A stretch of 64,000 nucleotides of DNA from an uncultured Eubacteriales bacterium (GTDB lineage Bacteria; Acidobacteriota; Aminicenantia; Aminicenantales; UBA8522). The notes beneath the pieces are model-generated. The model was given only the letters and a program-made list of their open reading frames with translations, was not told the DNA's origin and did not search any database. The stretch is taken from contig CAZYWP010000002.1 in NCBI GenBank assembly GCA_964651495.1, forward strand, positions 13,035 through 77,034. The letters are read 5' to 3'. Of this stretch, positions 55,626 through 64,000 are shown piece after piece. A program made the position numbers and the translations under genes. Position 1 is the stretch's first letter. Each line of letters begins with the position of its first letter.

Positions 55626-57194
55626 ATGAGAGTTTTCCCGTTGAATGCTAGACGCGCGTGGCAGCTTTCTGACGACTTTCTCATGGGGTTTCGGCTGCTC
55701 CGCCGGCTCCCTGCCTATTTGCGCAATCCGCTCACGATTGCCGAGTGCAGGGCAATCCTCCGCCGGCGGCTCGAACGGCGCGAAGACGACTTCCTTGATT
55801 TGATGTGCCGCGCCGTTTTCGCGAACCGCTCGAGCCCGTATCGTCAGCTCCTGGAACATGCCAGATGCGAATACGGCGACATGGAACACTTGGTTCGGGA
55901 CGACGGTCTGGAGAGCGCGCTCAGGACGCTTTTTCATGCCGGTGTGTACCTCACGACGGACGAGTACAAGGGCCGCCAGCTGGCGGTTCGCGGAAATATC
56001 ACGATAGCGGTCGATCCGCCTCTGCTGAGGAATCCGCTTATGGTCCCGCAGTACCGAGTGACGACCAGCGGCAGTCGCGGAGCGGCGACGAGCATTCCGC
56101 TCAGCCTAGCCTGCATCCGGGACCGGGCCGTGAACATGTACCTGTCACTCGATGCCCGCGGCGGGGCAAACTGGCGGAACGCCGTTTGGGGGATCCCGGG
56201 CATCAGCCCATTTCTCTGGTATTCGGCCTGCGGCACGCCCGCGGCACGGTGGTTCTCGCCGCTCGATCCGGGAGCGTCCGACTTGCTTCCACGATACCGG
56301 TGGAGCACTCGGGCTATCGCCTGGACGGGTCGGCTCACCGGGGTGCCAATTCCTTTCCCTGAGCACGTGCCCTTGGACGCCCCGCTCCCAATAGGCCGGT
56401 GGATGGCCCAGACTCTCCAGGGGGGAGAAGTCCCTCATCTCTGGGCTTTCCCGAGCTCAGCGGTGCGCCTGTGCCGGGCAGCCGAGGAAGCGGGTGTCGA
56501 TATCGCCGGAGCCCGGTTCACGATCACCGGAGAGCCGGTCACGGACGCTTGCCTTGCCGCAATCCGTCGAGTCCACGCCGACGCCGTGCCCGACTATGGG
56601 AGCGCGGATTCCGGAGGGTCCGTCAGCCAGGGCTGCCTGTCTCCTGAAGCGCCAGATGACGTCCATGTTTTTAGCGACCTTAACGGCCTTATCCAGGCCG
56701 ACATGCCCCCATTCCCCACGGGTGCCCTGATCCTGTCGTCAATCAGGCCGACGGTCCCGTTTGTTTTCCTCAACGTCTCAATGGGCGACTTCGCCACGGT
56801 TACAGATCGTCGCTGCGGCTGTCCCATGGAAGCGCTGGGCTAGCGGACCCACCTGCACACGATCAGGAGTTATGAGAAACTGACGGCCGGGGGAGTGACG
56901 CTCGCGGATTTTGACGTTGTCCGTATCCTGGAAGAGATCCTTCCCCGGCGTTTCGGAGGGGGGCCATCGGACTACCAGCTCGTCGAGGATTTGGCTAACG
57001 ATGGCGGGCCTAGGCTTCGTCTATTGGTGCATCCGTCTGTCGCCGCTGTTGATCCGGCCGTGGTTTCTCATGTTTTCCTGGAAGCGCTTGGAAGCGGCTC
57101 AGGAACGCGGCAGGTCATGGAGAACGATAAGGCCGGCCGCCGGGAGCTCTACAAGCAGTTACGCCTCCCGCCCGACGCCTCAATCAAGAAATGA
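55626..57194 (+). pseudogene. PaaK / F390-synthetase-like adenylate-forming enzyme interrupted by one in-frame TAG at 56841-56843; both pieces are in the same frame.
   Basis: ORFs 55626..56843 and 56895..57194 share a reading frame with no other stop between them. A P-loop-like TTSGSRGAATS is present. The domain-like sequence continues across the stop: ...RCGCPMEALG*RTHLHTIRSYEKLTAGGVTLADFDVVRILEEIL. Confidence 0.5.
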
Positions 57195-57255
57195 TTTGCT
57201 AAAGACTGTCGATTTTCTGGACAATAAACCCATCCCGGACTCGAGGAAGTCGAGC

Positions 57256-58161
57256 ATGAGCAAGAAAGCCATTCTATTGATTCTGGCTCTCGGCAGCATG
57301 ATCTTGGCCGACGGAAGCCAAAACAAACCCGAAACCCAGCCGCCGGCGGCCCCGGGGGCGTCCAAGAATGTCGCTTTTGCCGGCATTCGCTCCTCGAGAT
57401 ACGGCGTCAAACCGTTCCCCGAGCCGGAAGCCTGGCAGAAGGCCATCGAGACGATGAACGGCTATTTCCCCGGTGCGGCCCCCTGCGCCATCTGGATCGT
57501 GGGCAAGTTCAAGAGCCCGACGACCTGTCTCCTTTTTTTCCCTTCCGGGGGCCAGCCCTATCCCAACATCGAGTTCGAGGGGCCGGACCAGAACGAACGA
57601 TTCCTGAGCCACTTCGACCGGACAGGCATCAAAGTCTTTCTCCAGGTGGAGTCAGCCCATGCCGATATGCTGACCCTGATCGACCTCGTGCTCGGCCGGT
57701 ACAAGCAGCATCCCTGTGTCATCGGGTTCGGCGTGGATGTCGAATGGTATCGGGAGGCCGACAAGCCGGGATGGGGAATGCCTATCGATGATGAAACGGC
57801 CAAGCAATGGGAAGCCCGGGTCAAGTCGCACAACCCGTCCTACCGGCTCTTCCTCAAACACTGGGACCCGGACTGGATGCCCAAAACCTACCGAGGGGAT
57901 ATCATTTTCGTCGATGACAGCCAAGAGTTGAAGGGTCTAGATGAGATGGTGGATGAGTTCCAGAAGAGCTGGGCCGACCGTTTCTATCCCAACTCCGTCT
58001 TCTTCCAGATCGGCTATAACTCGGATAAGCCGTGGTGGCAGAAACTGGACAACCCGCCCCAGACGATCGGTCGGGCGATCGCCCAGAGAGTTAAACAGAG
58101 CTGCGGGATCATCTGGGTCGATTTCAGCCTGAGAGAGGTCTTCAAGCTTTCGCCGGAATGA
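57256..58161 (+). CDS. Secreted hypothetical protein, possibly glycoside-hydrolase-like.
   Basis: ATG at 57256 with an AGGAAG ribosome-binding site. Signal peptide MSKKAILLILALGSMILA. The longer listed ORF is an out-of-frame upstream extension overlapping the previous gene. Confidence 0.5.
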   Translation: MSKKAILLILALGSMILADGSQNKPETQPPAAPGASKNVAFAGIRSSRYGVKPFPEPEAWQKAIETMNGYFPGAAPCAIWIVGKFKSPTTCLLFFPSGGQPYPNIEFEGPDQNERFLSHFDRTGIKVFLQVESAHADMLTLIDLVLGRYKQHPCVIGFGVDVEWYREADKPGWGMPIDDETAKQWEARVKSHNPSYRLFLKHWDPDWMPKTYRGDIIFVDDSQELKGLDEMVDEFQKSWADRFYPNSVFFQIGYNSDKPWWQKLDNPPQTIGRAIAQRVKQSCGIIWVDFSLREVFKLSPE

Positions 58162-58204
58162 TCCCAACTTTGGCGGGGATGGGGAGATTCATCGGAGGCA
58201 GGCC

Positions 58205-59323
58205 ATGAAAAAGAACGTGATCGTCGGCCTGTTGCTCTGGGCTGTCCTGTATGTCCCATCTCGCGGCAATTCGTCGCGCCCGAGCTTTGACCCCGAAAAC
58301 GGCAAGGACCTCATGATCGGGGTCAAAATATACGCTTATGAAGGCGCCCTTCCCGAGCTTTTCGGGGAATGGCGCTCCCTGGGCGTAAACGCCGTCTTCG
58401 TCAGCCCGGCCCTGGCTGCTCAGGCTCAATTCCGGGAGATGGCCAGGGAGCAGGGAATTTCCGTCTTTTTGATCCTGCCCATCTTTTTCAACCCGGAGGA
58501 ACTCAAGAGAGACGCCGGGCTTTACGCGCTGACCGACCGGGGGAATAAGGCCAAGGACGATTGGGTGGAGTTCGTCTGCCCGACACGTCCGGCTTACCGG
58601 AGCCGCCGGATCGAGTGGGTCAAGACTCTGGTCCGGAAGTTGGACCCAGACGGGATCAGCCTGGATTTCATCCGCTATTTTGTTTTTTGGGAGATGGTCT
58701 ATCCGGAGAGGACGCTGAACTCGATCGCTGACAGCTGCTTTGATGAGAGCTGTCTGGACCGGTTCCAGAAAGACACCGGGATCGCTCTGCCCAAAGGGCT
58801 CGGCGCAGCCGCTGCCAAAGCAAAATGGATCCAAGCCCGGTACCGGCGGGAATGGACGGACTGGAAATGCGGGGTCATCACCGGTATGGTCCGGTCCATC
58901 GTAGAGGAGGCCAGGGCCATTAAGCCAAAGGTGATGGTCAACATCCATAGCGTCCCCTGGCGAGAAAGAGACTTCGGGGGAGCGATCAGGGCGATCGCCG
59001 GTCAGGACCTGGTTGCGCTCGCGGATCTAACGGACATGATCTCGCCGATGTGCTATTGGCATATGCTCAAGAGAAAGCCGGCCTGGATCCGCGAGGTGGT
59101 CGAGGATATCCATTCCCAAACAAAAGGCCGGGTTGTTCCCAGCATTCAAGTCGGGCAGGCCTATATCAGTGAAACTCTTTCGCTGGAGGTGTTCAAGGAG
59201 GCGCTGGAAAACGCCTTGAGCCCTCCTTCCGGCGGCGTCATCTTCTGGAATTGGGATGCTCTGGCCAAGGAGCCGGAGAAAAAGGCGGTCGTCGCCGCGC
59301 GCCTCAAAGCTCAAAATCGATAA
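58205..59323 (+). CDS. Secreted hypothetical protein (TIM-barrel / GH-like, tentative).
   Basis: Signal peptide MKKNVIVGLLLWAVLYVPS. I recognise no firm domain. Confidence 0.45.
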   Translation: MKKNVIVGLLLWAVLYVPSRGNSSRPSFDPENGKDLMIGVKIYAYEGALPELFGEWRSLGVNAVFVSPALAAQAQFREMAREQGISVFLILPIFFNPEELKRDAGLYALTDRGNKAKDDWVEFVCPTRPAYRSRRIEWVKTLVRKLDPDGISLDFIRYFVFWEMVYPERTLNSIADSCFDESCLDRFQKDTGIALPKGLGAAAAKAKWIQARYRREWTDWKCGVITGMVRSIVEEARAIKPKVMVNIHSVPWRERDFGGAIRAIAGQDLVALADLTDMISPMCYWHMLKRKPAWIREVVEDIHSQTKGRVVPSIQVGQAYISETLSLEVFKEALENALSPPSGGVIFWNWDALAKEPEKKAVVAARLKAQNR

Positions 59324-59336
59324 GGAGGAGACCCGG

Positions 59337-61967
59337 ATGTCTGATTCGAAGATGGCCCATTTTTTGTGCGGATTAGCGCTCCTGCTCATTTCGGCAGCGC
59401 CGGCCTGCCGGCCGAAACCCGCCCGGCCCCTGCAATATGACATCCCCCTCGCAGACGGCTGGTTTATCCGGTCGTCGGCGGAGGTCAAGGCAGGGGGAAC
59501 CGTCGTCTCCGCTCTAGGGCTGGACCTTGCCGGCTGGTGTCCGGCCACCGTCCCGACGACGGTCCTGGCCGGGCTGCGCAAGAATGGAGAGTATCCCGAC
59601 CCGTTCGTCGGCAAGAACCTGGAAAACATCCCCCGCGAGCGGTTTGCGGGCTCCTGGTGGTTCCGCAAGGAGTTCGACCTTCCGGCCGACAACAGGCTAT
59701 CCCGCGTTCGCCTGGGCTTTGACGGCATTAACTACCGGGCTGATATCTGGCTCAACGGCGTGCAGATTGCTTCTCGGGAAGAAGTCTTTGGTTCCTTCCG
59801 GACCTTTGAACTCGATGTCACCGGAAACATCAAGCCTGGCCCGAACATCCTCGCGGCCGAGGTGTTCCCTCCACAGCCGGGGGATTTCACCTTCGGGTTC
59901 GTCGATTGGAATCCTCAGCCGCCGGACCTGAACATGGGTCTCTGGCGGCCCGTGACATTGCGCCTCAGCGGGCCGGTTTCCATCGAGCAGCCCTTCGTGA
60001 CCAGTGAGGTGAACCTGGAGACCTTGGCCGATGCCGAACTGACCATCACGGCCGAAGCCGTGAACCATACCGACCAGGCGGTTTCCGGCACTCTCCAAGC
60101 TGAGCTTGAGGGCTCCGTCCTTAGCCAGGAGGTGAATCTCGATCCGGGAGAGCAAAGGACAGTCTCCTTCACTCCCCAGCAGTTCCCCGAGCTCAAGATC
60201 CAAGAGCCTCGCCTCTGGTGGCCGCACAACCTGGGCGAAGCGAATCTTTATTCCCTGGAGTTGCGCTTCCAGATCAAGAAACTCATCTCCGATGAAGATT
60301 CCGTCACGTTCGGCATCCGGGAAGTCGCGGACTATATCAATGAGCAGGGTCATCGGGGATTCATGGTCAATGGCCAGAAAGTCCTGATCCGGGGTGGCGG
60401 ATGGGTGGACGACCTGTTCATGGTCGAAGACCCCCGCATTCTGGAAGCGAAGGTCCGGTACACCCGGCACATGAACCTGAACACCATCCGGCTGGAAGGA
60501 TTCTGGGGAAGCAGCCCGGAGCTTTATAACCTCTGCGACCGATACGGGGTTCTCCTGATGGCCGGCTGGAGCTGCCAGTGGGAATGGGAGAACTACCTCG
60601 GCAAGCCCGACGACGATTTCGGAGGTGTCAAGACTCCTGAGGACATGGAGCTCGTCGCCCGCTCCTTCCAGGACCAGGTCGTGCTGTGGCGAAATCATCC
60701 CAGCGTTTTCGTCTGGATGCTGGGAAGCGACAAGCTGCCCCGGCCCGAGCTTGAGCGGAAATATAACCTGATCCTGGAAGCCTATGATCCCAGCCGGCCG
60801 GCCGTGATGGCCGCCAAGGGCCTCCGCAGTGAGATCAGCGGAGATACGGCGGTTAAGATGAACGGGCCCTATGATTATGTTCCGCCGATATATTGGTTCG
60901 AGGATACCAAGAACGGGGGCGCCTTCGGGTTCAACACCGAGACCGGACCCGGACCCCAGCCGCCTCCTCTGGAGAGCTTGAAAAAGATGCTCCCGTCCGG
61001 CCATCTCTGGCCCATCGACGATATCTGGAACTATCACTGCGCCCGCGGCGAGTTCAACAGCCTCGACCGCTACCTCGAAGCCATGAGCAAACGCTTCGGA
61101 AAGCCAAGAGACCTGGACGATTTCGTCCGCAAAGCCCAGGTCGCAAATTACGAAGCGATGCGGGCGATGTTCGAAGCCTTTGCCGCCCACCGGCCCGTGA
61201 CCACGGGTATCATTCAATGGATGCTGAACGCCGCCTGGCCCAAGCTTTACTGGCAGCTTTATGACTATTATCTGATGCCCAACGGGGCCTTCTATGGCGC
61301 CAAAAAGGCGTCCCGGCCCGTCCACATCCTCTATCATCCCCAGAATGATGGGGTCTATGTGATCAACGACCGCCTGGGGCCCTTCAGCGGCGGAAAAGCC
61401 CACATCCGCGTGTTTGACCTCCAGTCCCGGGAGATCTTCAAAGAGGTGAAAGACGTGGAGGTCGGACCGAATGCGGCCGCTCAGATCGCCCAGCTCCCTG
61501 TGATCAAAGGCCTGGCTCCTGTTTATTTCCTGGACCTCAAGCTGGCCGATAATGCGGGCGGTCTCGTCGCTGAGAATTTCTATTGGCTCTCCACGAAGAA
61601 GGACGTCATGAATTATCCAGCGACGGAATGGTTCGTCACACCGATCAAGGAATTCGCCGACTTTACCGCCCTGGACAGGCTTCCCCCGGTGACCCTCAAA
61701 ATCCTGTCCGCGTTCGAGCAGACGGGAGCTGAACATCAGGTCCGCGTGACCCTGCAGAACCCGACCGATACCATCGCCTTCTTCGTCAACCTCAGCGTCG
61801 TCGGCCAGCAGAGCGGAAGCGCCATCCTGCCCATCTATTGGGAGGACAACTGCGTTTCACTCCTCCCCGGCGAGAGCAAAACCATCAGCGCCTTATTTTC
61901 CCCGGCCGACCTGCGGGGCGAGGAGCCGGTTTTGCTGGTACAGGGCTGGAATGCAAAAGCCCAATAA
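59337..61967 (+). CDS. Glycoside hydrolase family 2 enzyme (beta-mannosidase / exo-beta-D-glucosaminidase-like).
   Basis: ATG at 59337 with an AAGGAGGAG ribosome-binding site; signal peptide. GH2-like sugar-binding, Ig-like and TIM-barrel segments (WWFRKEFDLP, LWWPHNLGEANLY, NTIRLEGFWGSSPELYNLCDRYGVLLMAGW, WMLGSD). Confidence 0.75.
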   Translation: MSDSKMAHFLCGLALLLISAAPACRPKPARPLQYDIPLADGWFIRSSAEVKAGGTVVSALGLDLAGWCPATVPTTVLAGLRKNGEYPDPFVGKNLENIPRERFAGSWWFRKEFDLPADNRLSRVRLGFDGINYRADIWLNGVQIASREEVFGSFRTFELDVTGNIKPGPNILAAEVFPPQPGDFTFGFVDWNPQPPDLNMGLWRPVTLRLSGPVSIEQPFVTSEVNLETLADAELTITAEAVNHTDQAVSGTLQAELEGSVLSQEVNLDPGEQRTVSFTPQQFPELKIQEPRLWWPHNLGEANLYSLELRFQIKKLISDEDSVTFGIREVADYINEQGHRGFMVNGQKVLIRGGGWVDDLFMVEDPRILEAKVRYTRHMNLNTIRLEGFWGSSPELYNLCDRYGVLLMAGWSCQWEWENYLGKPDDDFGGVKTPEDMELVARSFQDQVVLWRNHPSVFVWMLGSDKLPRPELERKYNLILEAYDPSRPAVMAAKGLRSEISGDTAVKMNGPYDYVPPIYWFEDTKNGGAFGFNTETGPGPQPPPLESLKKMLPSGHLWPIDDIWNYHCARGEFNSLDRYLEAMSKRFGKPRDLDDFVRKAQVANYEAMRAMFEAFAAHRPVTTGIIQWMLNAAWPKLYWQLYDYYLMPNGAFYGAKKASRPVHILYHPQNDGVYVINDRLGPFSGGKAHIRVFDLQSREIFKEVKDVEVGPNAAAQIAQLPVIKGLAPVYFLDLKLADNAGGLVAENFYWLSTKKDVMNYPATEWFVTPIKEFADFTALDRLPPVTLKILSAFEQTGAEHQVRVTLQNPTDTIAFFVNLSVVGQQSGSAILPIYWEDNCVSLLPGESKTISALFSPADLRGEEPVLLVQGWNAKAQ

Positions 61968-62033
61968 TATCGATGAGAAATACACTTTATTAACAGGACC
62001 CGCGCTGATAATAAAGGAATGGAGCCTTAGTTC

Positions 62034-63815
62034 ATGAAGAGAAATCGCTTGATCGTCGCCCTGGTCTTCCTCATTTTTTTTGTCATCTCTTTTTTGACGA
62101 ACATCCTGGGTCCGCTCGTCCCCGATATCATCAACAGTTTCAGCCTCAGCCTGACCCTGGCCGGATTCCTGCCCTTCTCGTTCTTCGTCGCCTACGGGGT
62201 GATGTCGATCCCGGCCGGGATGCTGGTCGAACGCTACCGGGAAAAGCGGATTATGCTATGGGCCTTCCTTGTAGCCCTGGCGGGCGCCCTCTTGTTCGCC
62301 ATCCTGCCCCGGTTCTCTGTGGCCCTGCCCTCGCTTTTCCTCATCGGGATCGGGATGGCCATGTTGCAGGTCACGATCAACCCGCTGCTGCGGGTGGCCG
62401 GCGGGGAGGAGCATTTCGCCTTTAACTCCGTCTTCGCCCAGCTCGTCTTCGGGCTGGCCTCGTTCCTGAGTCCGAAGGTCTTTTCCTATCTGGTTCTCAA
62501 CCTTCCCGAGACCTCGGGCAGGGGCGGCCCCTTTCTCGAGATTCTAAGAAATGTGGTGCCCGAGCAATACCGACTATGGCTGGAGGAAGAGGTCGTCTAT
62601 ATCATCACTGACACGGAACGAGATGTCTTCCGGAAGCTCGAGACAGACAAGGAAAGAGACATCTTTATCGAGGCCTTCTGGAAGCACAGAGATCCGACCC
62701 CGGGCACTCCCGCCAATGAGTTCAAGGACGAGCATTACAAAAGGAAGAAGTACGCCAACGAATACTTCGGCCGGGGGACTCCACGGCCGGGCTGGATGAC
62801 CGACATGGGAAGGATCTATATCGTCCTCGGCCCGCCGCGGAACAGCGAAGACCATGACAATATCAACGGCGTCTATCCGGTCCGCATCTGGACTTATGAC
62901 GGCGACCCGGATTATGGCCTGCCCAGCGCGTTTAACATCATCTTTTTCAAAAAGCATGGGACGGGAGAATATGTCCTCTATTCTCCCGTGGACGACGGGC
63001 CGGAAAGCCTGATCGCCGATTGGGGGACGGGGCTGACCGCCGAATATATGCAGGACAGCAGGAACGCACAGAGCGCCCTCCAGCAGCTGGCCAAGCTGGC
63101 TCCCAACCTGGCCTACCAGACCCTTTCGCTCATCCCGGGGGAAAGGGTGATGTCCGGTTCCGTCTCCCTCGCTTCCACCCGGCTCATCGGAAACGTCTTA
63201 GCTTATCCCCAGAAAAAAGTCGAGGATACCTACGCTGAAGCGCTGCTCAAATACAAGGATGTTATCGAAGTCGATTACTCGGCCAACTATATCGCCAGCG
63301 ATTCCTCTCTCCATGTCATCAAGGATGAGAGCGGGCATTTCATGGTCCACTATTCCGTCGAGCCCAAGAAGATTTCGGTCGGCTCCTACGGCGACAAATA
63401 CAGCACCAATTACGAGCTCGACGGCCGGATTTCCGACGCTGACGGGAATACGGTTTTCCAGTACATGAAGGAGCTCCCCCTGAGTTTCAGCGGCCCGGAA
63501 CTTCAGGACCTGGGCGCCAAGTCGCTGGCCATCCAGGACCTTTTTCCCCTGGTTCCCGGGACCTATAAGTTCGACCTGCTGCTCAAGAACACGGTCTCCA
63601 AGGAGTTCACGACATTTGAAGGAACCATCTCCATCCCGGAAGAAAGCGCCTCCCCGGTCATCAGCTCTCTGGTATTGGGATACAGGCTGGAGAAAAGCGC
63701 TTCGCCGGCCGGGGAGTTTATTCCTTTTCGGATTAAGGAAGGCCAGCTGTTAACGCCTGCGCGGAAAACTTTCACCCAGAAAGAGAACCTGGTTGTGTTC
63801 TTTCAAGTCTTGTGA
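62034..63815 (+). CDS. Chimeric ORF: the N-terminal roughly 6-TM half of an FHS-family MFS sugar transporter (FucP-like) fused in frame to a GWxTD-domain protein.
   Basis: Residues 1 to about 170 resemble the FucP N-half (IPAGMLVERY, LQVTINPLLRVAGGEEHFAFNSVFAQLVFGLASF). A GWxTD-type domain follows (FWKHRDPTPGTPANEFKDEHYKRKKYANEYFGRGTPRPGWMTDMGRIYIVLGPP). No stop or frame change separates the two parts. Confidence 0.5.
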   Translation: MKRNRLIVALVFLIFFVISFLTNILGPLVPDIINSFSLSLTLAGFLPFSFFVAYGVMSIPAGMLVERYREKRIMLWAFLVALAGALLFAILPRFSVALPSLFLIGIGMAMLQVTINPLLRVAGGEEHFAFNSVFAQLVFGLASFLSPKVFSYLVLNLPETSGRGGPFLEILRNVVPEQYRLWLEEEVVYIITDTERDVFRKLETDKERDIFIEAFWKHRDPTPGTPANEFKDEHYKRKKYANEYFGRGTPRPGWMTDMGRIYIVLGPPRNSEDHDNINGVYPVRIWTYDGDPDYGLPSAFNIIFFKKHGTGEYVLYSPVDDGPESLIADWGTGLTAEYMQDSRNAQSALQQLAKLAPNLAYQTLSLIPGERVMSGSVSLASTRLIGNVLAYPQKKVEDTYAEALLKYKDVIEVDYSANYIASDSSLHVIKDESGHFMVHYSVEPKKISVGSYGDKYSTNYELDGRISDADGNTVFQYMKELPLSFSGPELQDLGAKSLAIQDLFPLVPGTYKFDLLLKNTVSKEFTTFEGTISIPEESASPVISSLVLGYRLEKSASPAGEFIPFRIKEGQLLTPARKTFTQKENLVVFFQVL

Positions 63816-64000
63816 CTGCCTCCGGAACTCCGTTCGGGGGGACAGTTGAAGTATGCCGTCCTCCGCCAAGACGCTCCTTTTCTGAGTCGAATAAAAAAAA
63901 TCGGCGAGTATGAGAATGCGCCGAATTTTCTCGAAGTGTTTCCCCTCCAGGAATTTTCCCCCGCCTACTACAAAATCACAGTCTCCCTGCTGGATTCCAG

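Noticed and set aside
1-64000. Looked for CRISPR arrays, rRNA, transposases or integrases, phage structural genes, reverse transcriptase (retron or diversity-generating retroelement), toxin-antitoxin pairs, and repeats flanking the tRNA that would mark an integrated island.
   Set aside because: No direct-repeat/spacer arrays, no recognisable recombinase or reverse-transcriptase motifs, and no duplicated tRNA 3' segment were seen anywhere in the window.

Overview
This 64-kb window is a gene-dense, high-GC bacterial chromosome segment. I can support about 58 protein-coding genes on both strands and one tRNA(CAU). I found no rRNA, CRISPR array, transposase, integrase or phage genes. The lineage is probably Acidobacteria-like. 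That is an inference from a GWxTD-domain protein and a secreted VWA protein resembling the 'VWFA-related Acidobacterial domain' family, not from any search.

Gene content, left to right:
- A 5'-partial malectin-domain protein.
- A minus-strand string of envelope genes: a secreted FecR-domain protein with a Trp-rich region and a Ser/Arg-rich tail carrying 132-bp tandem repeats, a Spy/CpxP-like LTXXQ protein, and a ribose-type sugar ABC importer co-operonic with an HddA/fucokinase-type GHMP sugar-1-kinase.
- Small conserved genes (SCP2, DUF3467) and a GAF-type free methionine-R-sulfoxide reductase.
- A Memo-like / agmatinase / M64 peptidase operon.
- A ferritin-like diiron protein translationally coupled to a flavin reductase, then an ABC-2 exporter, a helical-repeat protein, prepilin peptidase, a GT39-like membrane glycosyltransferase and asparagine synthase.
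- tilS with tRNA(CAU) immediately upstream, and an Nramp metal transporter.
- A block of poorly characterised envelope and signalling genes at about 28.8-45.4 kb: a receptor Ser/Thr kinase, a PEGA-NHL propeller, an ECF sigma / anti-sigma / 9-TM protein operon facing two GerW(YtfJ)-like proteins and a VWA protein, a Tat-secreted protein, a second propeller, a tandem metallo-beta-lactamase-fold protein, and an 18-residue-repeat protein.
- A likely PPi-dependent phosphofructokinase, a URO-D-family protein and an HD hydrolase.
- A second ECF / zinc-finger anti-sigma pair next to a periplasmic MsrP.
- A glycan-utilisation-like locus: a sulfatase-like-TPR protein, GH-like proteins and a GH2 enzyme.

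Most unusual observations:
- A PaaK/F390-synthetase-like adenylating enzyme split by a single in-frame TAG.
- An FHS-type MFS half-transporter fused in frame to a GWxTD domain.
- A roughly 390-bp structured, G/C-homopolymer-rich intergenic region with no assigned function.
- An orphan consensus sigma70 promoter followed at once by a hairpin and U-run.
- The kinase / ECF / GerW / VWA envelope-signalling block.

Start codons were refined by eye from ribosome-binding-site context and signal peptides. Several genes use GTG or TTG starts.
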